From Trichodelitschia bisporula (Eukaryota), in the NCBI GenBank assembly GCA_010356995.1, contig ML996687.1, positions 1,179,803 through 1,243,802 of the forward strand: a stretch of DNA of 64,000 bases. Reading direction: 5' to 3'. Each line of letters starts with the position of its first letter. Position 1 is the stretch's first letter. Made by a program: the position numbers and the translations under genes. Positions 12,596-24,816 of the stretch are shown here, piece by piece. The notes under the pieces were generated by a model. That model ran no database searches. It had not been told where the DNA came from and worked only from the letters and a program-made list of their open reading frames with translations.

Positions 12596-14259
12596 AGAGA
12601 GCGGGGGTGTCCTGGGCAGTTGTTGTGTTTACGGTTGTGCTCTCACTCTCACCAGTGGAACTATGGGCCGGGAAGGGGTCGAGAAGGTTCTACGTGGCAT
12701 ACTGAATGCTCACCGCTTGGGGTCGCTCAGAACAGTTGGTTCTTATGCTCCCGCCAGGGGCAGGTCAATCCGGCGACGATCTTTCTCACCCTTACTTGAA
12801 GCTCGCTAAGCGATATGCCCGAAAAAGAGAATAGGGACTCGGTCTGACAATCCACTTTTTTGCAACTGTGCTCGCACTCGTCTTCTCTTTTACGGGTTCC
12901 TCAACTCTATCGCTATTGTGGCAACACCAGATATAGATACTAGAACAGACCTCCGGAGAATCCGGGTCAGAGCAGTCTCTTCAGAGAGGCTGAAACCGGC
13001 CCATACCCGCCTCGGCCTGACAAAGGTCATGTGGAGTGTACTACAGGCCTTGAAATAATTCAGCTGTAGAAGAGGGCAGGAAAGGCCACTCATAATGCTT
13101 TCAAGGCATCTCTGCGGTTTAAGGCACGTTCTGGGACAGTACAATGGGGCAAGAGCAGTTTTTACACAACGGACACGAAGGCAACAGGGCAACAACGATA
13201 GTAAAAGGATAGGCTGTGTGCTAGGCGCATATGGACGGATAAAAGCGACCAGATACTAAACTGGATGCTTCCCAATCAGAGGTAGTACTGAATGCTCCAT
13301 TACTGGACTTTTTCAGCGCCCATGGGTGCGCTAGGAATATAGTCTAAAGAATCTAGATACGAAAAATATTATGCCGCAGTCATCTATGAAGTGCATTTCA
13401 AGATACAGCATAAGCTGTAGCCATATGTCCTTGGCTCTCCCAATACTCAGCCTTCCGCTCCCCTTGCGCCAGACGCCTCGGTGATCAAATCATGCTTAAA
13501 TACCGAAGCCAAACATCGTGAGAAATGGAGAGCCATATAATCTAGAGTTTCCTGCAGTGTAAAGACCCTAAAATGTCCGAGGTAACATGGGATGTCAACA
13601 AGAAAACGCAGTTCAGATGGGTCGAGGCTGACGAGATGATGTCGAACTTCTGGGCTTGGCACTTGGCATTATTTCCGTTTCGAGTTGGCCGGCCGGAGTT
13701 CGTACGGAGCTTCAAGCCTGCGGTCAGGGGTGGGTGTGCGCGCGGCAGGCACGTTGGGTGCTCCCCGAAGGGAGCCGAAAAATCGGAACGGCCGCCATGA
13801 GAAGCTGATACGGAATACTTGAGGGACAAGAAAGAGCACAAGGTCTGGAACAGAGAAGAAGATTTCGATTTTCAGCGCATCGCTGGAATTCATCCGCTTT
13901 AGCTGTGTTCTGCGCATCGCGGAGGCGCTGGGGAGGAAGCACCGTGTCATGTGGCATCCACATTGATGGGTATATCGAGTACGTTAAGGGGCACTCATGA
14001 AACAGGTGTCTAAACATCCATATCCATAGCGTCCGTTCTCTCCCTTTTGTCAATGAGGCCTATGACCAGTTCTCCAACGCCAATATGATGCACTGATAAA
14101 AGTAATGTAGAGTATTCATGGTTGAAGAATATGAAAGCGGTGCCAACTTGCGTATCTGTATCTCCTGCTCCGCCCCACAAAACTAAAAAAGACGGCTCTC
14201 AGTAAACCTCTCCGCCAGCAGCCTCCTCGGTCCTAGAAGAAAAGAGCAAAAGAAAAAAA

Positions 14260-14377
14260 ACATACAGCAGTCGGGATTCGCTGCTGGTCACCCACGCAAC
14301 TACTAGTCGACCGGTTCGAAGCTTAACTTCAGTGAGCAGACGGGGACTGGTGTACTCTTCGACCTATGGCCGTATGT
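14260..14377 (-). rRNA. 5S rRNA gene, 118 nt, apparently intact
   Basis: Minus strand reads ACATACGGCCATAGG..CTAGTAGTTGCGTGGGTGACCAGCAGCGAATCC..GCTGTATGT. Helix I ends pair, a T-run Pol III terminator follows, and a TATTA element lies ~25-30 nt upstream. Confidence 0.95.
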
Positions 14378-14712
14378 GGTGGACTGTGTTGCCAACTGAC
14401 TAATAGCTGGCGAAGAAAACGGAAGTATTGTCAAAAGAAGTGTTAGCTCTCCGAGCGAGAGCGTTCTTGGGTTGGAATAGGGGACGCGCGTTAAGCTGCG
14501 GAGCATCTCCCCTCGATCAACCGGCTGAGCAAAAAGCTTCACGAGCCACCTGAAAAGTTATCATGGCCACCTCGCCTGGCTGATTTTGCGGACGGGAGCT
14601 ATGACTTTTTCAGCTGGCCCTTCGGCCAGAGTGTCGGCTTACATTAAGCTTCGGAGCTCCTCCCGCTGAACGAGCCGATCAGCAAGGTTCCGGGGTGTAA
14701 AAAAGATAAAAA

Positions 14713-14830
14713 ACATACAGCAGTTGGGATTCGCTGCTCGTCACCTACGCAACTACTAGTCAACCGGTTTAAAAGCTTGACTTCAGTGAGCAAACCGGGA
14801 CTGGTGCTCTCTTTGACTTGCGTCCGTATC
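14713..14830 (-). pseudogene. Degenerate 5S rRNA copy
   Basis: Collinear with 14260-14377 but with many substitutions, an insertion and a corrupted 5' end; the downstream T-run is kept. Confidence 0.85.
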
Positions 14831-15319
14831 CTTAGCTCAATGAGAAAAGTGCTCAAGCTGAACTAGCCTATGTATTGTCATTCTTGCTAGCCAATACTTT
14901 CCTCCGTCTTGCCGCTAAATCCAGCGCCAGATTTCCTTCAAATTGGAAATTACTGACGCGCTAAGTGATTTTAGATGGGCAGTAGCATATGCTCGTCCTG
15001 CCCTCTGCATTGAACCACAACGCCTCCCTTAAATCGCCCCGTCTTCGGCCTGTCGCCGGCTTCCCTCTCCAGAACCGGCCCGGTTGGACCTGCAAGCGAA
15101 GTATCATGAGTATCGGAAGGGTCATATCTCAATTAAGCGGGGGCGCCTGTTAGGACCCCTATTCCGTCTTCGCAGTGTCAGCTCTGCCTCAACGCGACTC
15201 AGGCAACACTATCTCGCACTCCGATTCTCCGAGTGGGGTGGCTAGGGGGCTAAGTATGGGGTTGTACCGTGGTGAGGGAAGGGAAGACGAGCTGAGGCAA
15301 TGGCGCAGGTGGCGAGTGG

Positions 15320-15373
15320 GTTGGTGGCACGGGTGAAGTTGGTGGCACGGGTGAAGTTGGTGGCACGGGTGAA
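15320..15373. repeat. 18-bp minisatellite GTTGGTGGCACGGGTGAA x3
   Basis: Three exact tandem copies. Confidence 0.95.
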
Positions 15374-15965
15374 CGGCGGATTCGGCTCAGATTGTGTTTT
15401 GCCGATTTCGAGTATCTTGCCTCCACTCGGCGGCTTTTCTGTCGGCATGCCCAATGTCGGGATACCCGAAAGGCAGGCTTGGCACGGCGAACACCGAAGT
15501 GGTGAAGATGCACGACGCCGAAGTCCGACGAAATTCAGGAACATCCTGGAGGACCATCACGGACATATACTGTTCATCCTGTAAACTAGAGAAGGTAACA
15601 AGCTGGGCAATCAATTTTTTCTCACACAATTCTTTGAGCACTTCCGCCAACATTTTCAGCCGAGAGAGAAGGTGAGCGAAGTTTTGCATCGACATTTAGA
15701 TCAAGGGCAGAAGGTTGACTTCTGAACCCGCACTGGTCTTCGGGGATATTTAAGTCAGAGCATTAACCAGTTTACTTCCCAGCCCTCTTAAGGACCATCT
15801 AACAGCGCCCATACCGAAGGCATCTAAGGACGCCATATTCGTCGTCCTGGGGTTTTGAAAAGTTGAAAAGCAGAATCGACAGTTCCCTTCCGTAGTCGCG
15901 CGCTTAATAATGGCAATTTTGATTGGACAATATTCGCCAAGCCTGATGGCAAAGGATGTATGACG

Positions 15966-16038
15966 CTAGTCTAAATTCAGAGTTTTACCAAATTGGGAAC
16001 GCGGACGTAGGTGCAGTCTCCGACCTATGGCCGTATGT
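15966..16038 (-). pseudogene. Highly decayed 5S rRNA remnant (5' part recognisable)
   Basis: First 18 nt are identical to the intact 5S (ACATACGGCCATAGGTCG), similarity extends to ~29 nt, and CTAGTC occurs at nearly the same offset (72 vs 74 nt). Confidence 0.7.
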
Positions 16039-17421
16039 GCTTGACCACGGCATGGACTCAATCATAAAGGCTAACTTCATAACAAATTCTCTGAGGTATT
16101 GGGCCACGGCGAGTCTGAACGGTGCGGTGGATTATGGATATATGTCTAGCTGCCGGGAGATTTCTCGACCTTAAAATGACCGAGGAACACCGCGGACAGA
16201 GAGCTTCGCTGGGAGCCATTTTCCAAATCCTTGAGACGTTGGCAGGAAAGTGCAGAGCACACAAAATCCATACTCCTGCTCGTGGCTCAACGGAATGGAT
16301 ATATCACCTTGGCCATGACTTGATTGTACCCGCAGGAAGTATATTAGGCTCCAGTTTCTATAACCCATAGAAAAGTATGGGCGTGGTATTCAGATCGCAA
16401 GTGGCGCATCAGAAGCGGAAGAAGCAGAGTTCTGCGTACCAAGCCGACCTCAAGCGAACAGCCCTCGTCGCCACCGACGCCGAAGAACGGTTATCAAGTC
16501 AAGTTCTAGGTGGCCTCGCAGCAGGTGCCCATCAGCCATGACCCATCCTGCATGGCCAAACCCTACTATTCCAGCACATCCCCCATCACCGACAGCATCT
16601 GCGTTAGCAGGCAGTCAGTCAGCGATGCGGCAACCGAAGGCCGCTATGAGCGATCCCCCGCCTACGACCTCGGAGACACACATCACAGCATAGGAGCATC
16701 ACAGATTACAGCCATCCATTGACTACCACTCGCCGCCATAGGCAGCGTCACACACACCTCACACCACACTCCCGCACCCGCAAGCCCTCCCATGCCCCAC
16801 AAACCTAACACCCCGCACAAAAAACGTGAAGCCCAGAGCCTGGTATACCCCATTCGCAAAAGAAAGGAAAACACACGTACCAGGGCACCAGGAACCGTCA
16901 TATCAACGACCCCAGCGCCGCCAGCAAAGTAAACACTAGAAGAAGAAAAACAACCAGACACAGCTGAAAAATTCAAGCCGTGAAAAAAAAAAGAACGCCC
17001 CATGCCTTTCCCAGTAGTAGTCCCATTTTTCGTAAATCAACCCTTCGACAAAAGCAAAGTAAATAGAGTGAAAAGATTGCTCCCCAGGCTCCGTTTCCCG
17101 GTTTCCCTGATCCCGTGTTTCCCGTAACGCCTTACTACGCTGATTCGTTCAGCAATGGACAAAGGTGACTTTCTTCTAAATGCGGTTTATGATTGTTGGA
17201 ACGGTCTGACGATTATGGTTGGAAATAGCGCGCCCTTGCTCCCGGCGAGGACGGAAGATTGCAGTGGTGTTGTTGTGTACGGGCGGCTTGGACGTGCAAG
17301 GAGAGGGAAGGCGGTGAAGGCGAGATCGCATCTTTAACAAACGCCTCAAGGTGGCATGGGTGGCGTGAGAGTCCGTAGACAAAAAAAGGGCCATGTCCTC
17401 GTCGAGCAGCTCATCCAGAAC

Positions 17422-20400
17422 CTAGGAGATATGCTCCGGCAAGATCCGGGCAAAATGCTTCTCCCAGATCCAGCCAATAGTGCCCGTCTTATCGTCCTGG
17501 TTCTTCGCCAGCCAGAGCTCGCCCTTGGTGCCAATGACATCAAAAATCTATCTCTCGTTAGCATCACCGTCTACCAGGAGTAGGGTACCAAAAAAAACTG
17601 ACCTCGCCCGGCTGGTACGTCAAGTACGGGTACCCGCCCTCGCGCCGCCTTGCATCAATGTTGAAGGAGAATAGGCTAGCCGCAAGGAACATAACCCGTA
17701 CCTCCCCCTCGCCATCCTCCACCATAACCTCCGAGGACCTGCGCTGCGCCGCGCCCTCCGCATCCGCCATCGGTAGCGCCGAGCGGAACGCGCCCGAAAA
17801 GCGATCTTCGCGCTCAGAGTGCTGGTTATGCTGCTGGTGGTGGTGCACCGGTAACAGCCCAAATGCGCTCCCGGCGTAGTCGTAGTTGTGCGCCGGCTCC
17901 TGCATCGGCACATGGTCTAAACTCAGCCGCGAAATCTGCGCCAGCGAGGCATCGCCGCGGTCGCCTGCTGTTGCTGTGGCGGGACGCGTGGGTAAAGGTG
18001 CAGTGGGAGGTCCGAGCATGCCGTGCGTGGCAGATATCGAGTGCGGGGTTGACGGGCCGCGAGAGGACATGGCTGAGCCAGTAGGCCGGCCGGCGCTGGG
18101 GCCAGCGTGCAGGCCTTCGGGCACAGGGAATGCACCGACGAGAGGGGAGAAGGCGTGTGCATCCGAGAAACGGCCGAAATGGGGTGTGGTCTGAGCATGG
18201 TGCAAGTTTGGTGTGGGCTGCGGTCGCTCGGAGGTCAGGGACATGGTCCGATTGCCGGAGCCGATAGTGCTAGGCCGCTTGTGTGACGAGGAGTCGTCAA
18301 CGGTGGTGAAGGTCTGCGTAGGCGACAAGAAGGTCGACGCTTCCGTCAGGGTGGCGCCGTTACAGATGCGCAGGCAGCGGATTTCGTTCTCGTATGACTC
18401 GTTGTCTTGCATGTACTCCGACTCGATGTGGTCGTAGAAGGACTTCATGTCGAGGTTGAGAAGGTACTCGTTCGAGTCGATAAAGGGTGCAATCTTACGC
18501 TTCCACGCGTGGTTCCAATCGGCTTGAAGGTCGACTAGGTTCATCAGGCAGGCCTCCATGAGCTTGCGAGTCAGCACGTAGAGCTTCGGCAGTTCGTCCT
18601 TTAGCGTATCGTTGACGGCGAGGAAGTGTTCAGCGTCCTGCTCGAGCTTCTTGTCGCACTTCTCGCCCTTATCCATTAGCGCTCTGTACTTCTGGTAGTC
18701 CGGAAAACGCTTCTTGCGCTTCTGCATCATCTTCTGGGGTCCGACGTGCAGGCTCCACAGCTTGAGAATAGGGTCGATGACGGATTTGCGAACACGCTCG
18801 ACGTGATCGACGAGCGCAAACTCCGTCATCTCCTTTACCGCGAGGGCAAACTTGGTCCAGGAGCTCTCTGCCTCCGGCCAGCGCTGCCCATCCTGCGCAT
18901 TCTCCAGCATTGTCGCAACGTACGAGTTGAAGTGGGCCATGTACGACGTGAGATCCTCGAGATACTTTTCGACATCGCGCACAACAATCTGAAGCTGGAA
19001 GAAGTGACCGCCGAACTTCTGCGACACGATCTCGTAGTCTTGATCTTCGGCCGACCCGGTCATGCCGACTTGCTGTTTGAGCTTCTCAGCGCGTCGGTTG
19101 AGGATCTTCCCGACTTTCATCCGCGATTCGGAGTCCTTGCGCTTGCGTGACATCGCCTCGTCAACTACATCCTGGCGACGCTTCAGGTCGTTGATGCGCA
19201 GAATACCCTGCTGCAACTGCTCCAGGGCGCGCTTAATCGCTGGGTAGTCGTCGTGATCCGGAGACGTAACGTTGATCAGGCTGCTGAGCAAGAGTGGGTA
19301 CTTCATCAGCCGCTGAGCGGGTTTGATGATGAGCGAGTCAAATGACCAAGCCTGGGTGATGTCCCTAGCCGATGAGAGACACTCATCGAGCCAGAGCTTG
19401 ACCGTGGGTTTCTGCTGAAGTTCCCCAAGGCGACGATTCGCCAAACCCTGGTTACGCAGCCAGTCACCAAAGACTTTTTCGATGCGCACGAAGTTGTTGC
19501 AGAACACGGCGCCTGCGGTGGTGGTCGCGTCCAGAGCCACACGCTCCTCGTAGGTCAGTGGCGCGTTGCCAGTGGACACTGTGTTATCTGTGTGGTTGCT
19601 GTTCGACGTGCTGAAGCTGCCGCGTTTGTAGTTCCAGCGGTTTTCCTTTGGAATCGTGTACACGGGCGCAACAGCAGCCTTGAGGGCATCAAGCAGTTCC
19701 ATGGAGAGCGCGCGCACCTGCTCCAGATTGCCGAACACGGCGTGACGATCGTCATCTGAAAGCACAGTCGACGCAGTGCCCATGTAGATATCGGTCAGGA
19801 TCGTCATATCCTGGCTGAACGAGTGCTCGGTATCCACCATCTCTTTGAGCGTGTTTTGCCGGACAGCGAGCCGCTTTTCGGCGGCAACAGCGGCAGCAAC
19901 GCCCGTGGGAACTCCGGCGGTAGCCCCAGCGGAAACCCCATGGCCTGCAGATTCAGCAGACTGCTTGCGCGAGCGGTCGCTCTCGGCTGCGGTCTCCAGA
20001 GAGGCCTTGGGCGTAGACCCGTCCGAGAAAGGATCAGTAGTTGTGGACGCGGGTGCGGTTGCGGTTGCGGGTGCGGGACGCTTGGGAGCGGGAGAGGCCG
20101 GCAGGCCGGGTGAAAGTGGATTAAATTTGCCTGGAAAGGCAGGTGAGATGGGTGACTGAAACCGCTCCACGCCCATGTCTTCCCTCCTCGGAGTGGGCGG
20201 AGGCGGAGGCGCATGACCAGGGAGCGGCGGATGCGACAGCCGAACATCCATAGACAGACCGAGACCGCTGTTGGCGGCAGAGTCTGGGAGATACGGCCGA
20301 GGCGTTGATGACGGTCGAGACGGGACGTCGAGAGATTGAACCGCACTTGCACGGGCGTTTTCCGTGCTGGGTTGACGGGAAAGTGGGCTCAGTGGGCTGT

Positions 20401-23092
20401 AGTGCGCGTCCTTTGGTGGAGGAGCCGGCCGGAACTCGAGATCGTCCAGGTAGGACTGATTACTGTCATCCACATCATACCGCGAGCTGTGGATAGTAAT
20501 GTTCGTCGTGTTCAACGGAGGCTGCGTGCTTGGGGGGATTTCGGACGTAGAAGTCCCGTAGATTATGGCAACGCCTGGAGCACCGACATCCGACACAAGA
20601 TCGTCCTCCAACTTCGGGACTTGGTGCGATTGCTCTCTGGGAGTCTGCGCGCCCTCCACCGGCGATGACCCAGGCGTCAGCTCCAAGATACCCCGGAGGA
20701 ATCCCGTCACGGCTTCGCGGTTGTCCCACTCGTTGAACTGCGAAAGTTGGGGCGACACTGCCTCCAACTGACGCTGCGCTTCTTGAACCAACTGCGGGGT
20801 GAAGTTCCCCTGGATGTACTCGTCGAGAACACGGTTGATCTGGCTGCGAGCTTCGCTGTCGAGAGTAAATTCCTGGTGCTGCGGCTGGAGGTAGCGGTGA
20901 CTAATCGGCGGAACCGGCGGAACCTCTTCCTGCGCACGGCGCAGGCCGACCATGCTGACTGAGTCGTCCGGACCAATGGAAGCACGGTCGTTGAAGAAGC
21001 CCTGGTCGGAGTCGCATTCCTCAATTGCCCCGAGCTCATCAGAAGGCGACGGTGTCAAGTCTTGTTCTGGAACGTGGAAGTTGTGCGTGGGCAGCTTCGG
21101 AGTCGGGCTGAGAAGGATGTTGATGGTCTCGGTATCGTCGCCGCGTTCCGATAGGAAGTCTTCAGGGAGCTCTGTTCGGTAAGACGGCGAATTATTCTGA
21201 TGTCGCATGCTCAAAATGTGTCCGAGGAGTGTTCCGGACTGTGTGTTGTCCGGCATCGACTCGTACGACGGCTCCGGGGCATACAACGGCGCTTGAGCGT
21301 AAGACGGCTCCTGGGCATACGACGGTTCTTGGGCGTACGGAGCCTCTGGGACGAGCGGAGATTCCTGAACGTCCGGAGGAGCGGATGTGTCCTGCCTATG
21401 GCCGAATATAGGCGATTCCTCGAAGTCAGCGTCCGACGCCGCAGTGGAAGGTTCCTCATGGACACCATCCTCTGTCTCGACCGAGAGATGTGGCACGCGC
21501 GACGGCTTAGCGTTGGAGCGTTCGGCACCAGCTTGGGCCTGCTTCGACTGCTGCTGCTGCTGCTGCTGCTGCGAGCGGGCCGACACCACACGGCGAGCCT
21601 TCAGCGCCTCCACATCCTGTCTCACAGGCTTCGCCTTGGATGACAGCCCCTGCAGTTGCGTCTGCACCCGCGCACGACGTGCAGCAATATCGACATGTCC
21701 AGGAATCTTGGGTTTCTCCCGATTTGTCACTTCATTCTGCATCGGTTGATATCGATCGCCGAACTTGTTGTTGGCGTTCGAGCCAATTCCTTGACGCGTG
21801 CGTGTGCTGCGCAGCGGAGGTGACAGCTTCGGCAGCGGAGGCTTGACAACAGCGGCGAGGCTCGTTTCGATGCGCTTCGGCGGGCTGTAGCGGCGCGAGG
21901 ACAATGTCACCGGAGGCGTGTCTGTGCGACCGCGTGACGATCCAGGTCGAGCTGTGCTGCGCGATGCCGAGCTCACAGGTGATGTAAAGTCGCGCGTGGG
22001 AAGATCGAGGTACGCCGGAGCCGGACGCTTGCCCATGCCAGTGTCCGAGGCGCGGCGTGCGCGAACCGGAATACGTGATGGATATAATGCCTGGGCGGCC
22101 GTCGGCGATGTAGGTTGGCTCGACATGGGCGATGGCGACTCTTCCTCAATGTCCGTCACCGATGCTGTGCTGTGAGCCTTTTCTCCGATCATTATGTCCG
22201 ACATGCCATTCTGCAGGCCACGAATCTGGTCCGAGTCGGAACGGCTGCGAGGCCGCGCGAAACCGTCGTCGTCCGGAACAGCTGGAGGCTCGATGCCATA
22301 GCCGATATTATTTGCCTGGTTGTCAGGCAGCACTTCGCCGAAGAGTGGCCGGCGCGGAGCAGGTGTCTGTCCAATCTTTCGCTTCGAGGCCATGCCACCT
22401 GTGCCTGTTGTGCCAAAACTCCGCGTTGATCCACCGCTCGCGCTCTTTGCGGGACTGTTTTTGCTGCCTGAACGCGTGTGGGAGGGCGAAGTCATGGGTG
22501 ACGAGCGCGCGGGCTTTTGGGCGGGGGTGCGTGACCGCGCAACCTTGGCGGCCGACGAGTCGGTGCTCTTGTCGAACTGCTTCACGCGTTCCTTGATGAG
22601 ACCATTTTGCGTGCGGGTGGAGAGGGCAGGCACCGATTTTGCGTTGGACAGGGTAGCAGTGGCAGTGCCAGCTGGGGATGAAGCGGAACGAGGCGTGGTG
22701 CGGGCAGCGGTGCCTACTCCGGGCCGGGGTTTGGAGGGGAGGCCGTTCGGCCGCGCCTTTGGCGTGGCCGTCGCCATCGCGTCCTCCTCGTCAGGGTCGT
22801 CGGTTGCGAGAACTATATCTGGCCGATGATTGTTCCTTTCGGCGAAGGGACGGTAGAACTCATCCGGGTCGGACAGGTCGACGGAGTGTGAGTGATGTGA
22901 GTGGGAGTAGGAGTGGGTTCGGCCGTGTGTGGGGGTGTGCGGTGTGTGCGGCGGAGCAGGCTCGGGATCGCGGTACAGGGCCGGTCTAGGAAGCTGAAAC
23001 TGGAACGGGTGAGTGTCATAGTCTTCGTAGTAGTGGTCGCAAGGCGGCGCGTCGGAACTGGCATGGTTGTGGGGGGAGCGGTCGGATTGCAT
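17422..23092 (-). CDS. Rho guanine nucleotide exchange factor with DH, BAR and C-terminal SH3 domains (Tuba/DNMBP-like, ~1870 aa)
   Basis: DH motifs LKEMVDTEHSFSQDM and LIIKPAQRLMKYPLLL; BAR-like helix LAVNDTLKDELPKL. Intron 17548-17602 joins YPYLTYQPGE to IFDVIGTKGELWLAKNQDD..IGWIWEKHF (SH3). First in-frame ATG is 23092. Confidence 0.9.
21548..21571. repeat. (CAG)8 poly-glutamine tract in the RhoGEF
   Basis: CTG repeat on the + strand; QQQQQQQQ in the translation. Confidence 0.9.
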
Positions 23093-23721
23093 CTTGAACT
23101 TGTCGCCAAACCCATGGTCCACTACGTCGACTTGTCAACGGCTCAACCGCCCATTTGGCGTAGCCAAAGGGAGTACAGAGCGGGAGCGGGAGAGTTCGAG
23201 TGGATTGATCGGGCTGGTGGAAACGAAAGGCCTGTAGAGGTGGGGTGGGCTGTAGGGCAGACTGGGGTTTGATGGTGGATGAGGAGGGGGGTTTGAGGAG
23301 AGATGCTGTAGCAAGAGGCAGCTCCAAGCAGCGATAGACGGAGAGTGAGTGGGAAGGACAAGGCAGGATAGGATAACGAGGCAACGCTTTTTTTTTGGCT
23401 TGTCGCCAATCAGTCGCCAGGTGTGGTTCCCGCTTGGACAACTCGGACGCCAGTGCTGAGGTGGGAGCGGAGAGCAGATGAAGCAAGCCAGGGTTTGGGG
23501 AGTGGGTTTGAGGAGGGGGTGCAGTTGGCTGTGCGGCGCTGCTGAACTGCAAATTGTGTGCCGCAGCGCCTCAAGCCTCCAGTTGTTGTCAACTCACTCG
23601 ACTTGGCTGTACTGCAGCACTTGCTCTTCGGGCCGGGGGAATATGTGGCTATGTGGAGAGGTGTAGGGAAGGCTTGTGAAAGGTGATGAGGGGAGGGGAG
23701 AGAAGTGGGGAATAGTGTACG

Positions 23722-23811
23722 NNNNNNNNNNNNNNNNNNNNNNNNNNNNNNNNNNNNNNNNNNNNNNNNNNNNNNNNNNNNNNNNNNNNNNNNNNNNNNN
23801 NNNNNNNNNNN
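23722..23811. other. Assembly gap (90 N)
   Basis: Run of n between the RhoGEF and TERT, next to G-rich sequence. Confidence 1.
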
Positions 23812-24816
23812 AACCTAGGGGGGGGGAGCCTAGAAGGACGGCCGACTCAGTGTAGTACCGTACTCACGTTACTTTGCTTGCTGCTAGTCAGGCCAATTGA
23901 GCCCAGGATGCTGATGCGCGTTTCACGATGGAGAAACGGACGGGATTCGACAAATGATTGCGAATGCGATGCTGCGTGCGAAGAGAGTGGTGAACGGAGA
24001 GATGTTGCTGGAGGATCGGAGGTGCGAAAAGCAAGAGAGAGACGAGGTGAAGTTGTTTTTGTGAGGTTTGGTTCAGGTCGATCGGTGGCCCTGTGGGTTT
24101 GTCCGTTCGCTCGTTGTCGGCCTGGTTGTTGGAGCCTTGGGACCGTGTCTTCCGCACTCACCCAATGACCGACCACGCTTCAAGGCATCAATTTGCCAAG
24201 ACTGGTGAGAAGAAAGTCGTCAGGTCGTCGCTGCTGCAGTGGAACAGTCGCTCAAATATTCATGGGACGGAGATTTCTCTTCTTCATTTCAACACTGCTC
24301 TTATCGCTTGATGTACCTCCTTACTATGTATGCATGTAGGGGGTACGGGGTTTACGGATAGTTCATGCTGCATTATCGTCACATCTCCAGCTACCCCCAT
24401 CCTTTCCCATCCTATGGTTCCCCTTCAAGACATCTACTTTGGTGATCCCGCAAATAGAAAATCATTCTCCCGCCCGCTTTCTCTCCAGTCGAGACCACTT
24501 CGCCACAACTCCTCTCTCCTCTCCACTCTCCTCACACGCAAAGTAAAAGAGCCGCTGTCAATGTTCAGAGGCTAAAGTGCTGCCAATGACGGCCCGTCTT
24601 TAATTGCCCATTTTCTCTTCTCCTCCAGAGAATCACGAGATGCTACCAACTGCCGTAGAGTGTGCGTTCTGCGTAACATCTCGTACCTGTACTCCAGGAA
24701 CCGTCCCCCCTTGATTCACTTGTGGCTTCCACACCACGCGTAAAAAGATACTGCGTACGGAGTACGTCGTCAATGCAAAGAATCAATCTCTCCCGAAAAT
24801 ATCCATCACAATCGCA

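Noticed and set aside
14550..14613. MITE between the 5S copies (CTGAAAAGT..ACTTTTTCAG)
   Set aside because: Short imperfect inverted repeat with no target-site duplication and no second copy.
23845..23865. U2 snRNA-like AGTGTAGTA
   Set aside because: The match is only ~9 nt and the flanks do not fit U2.
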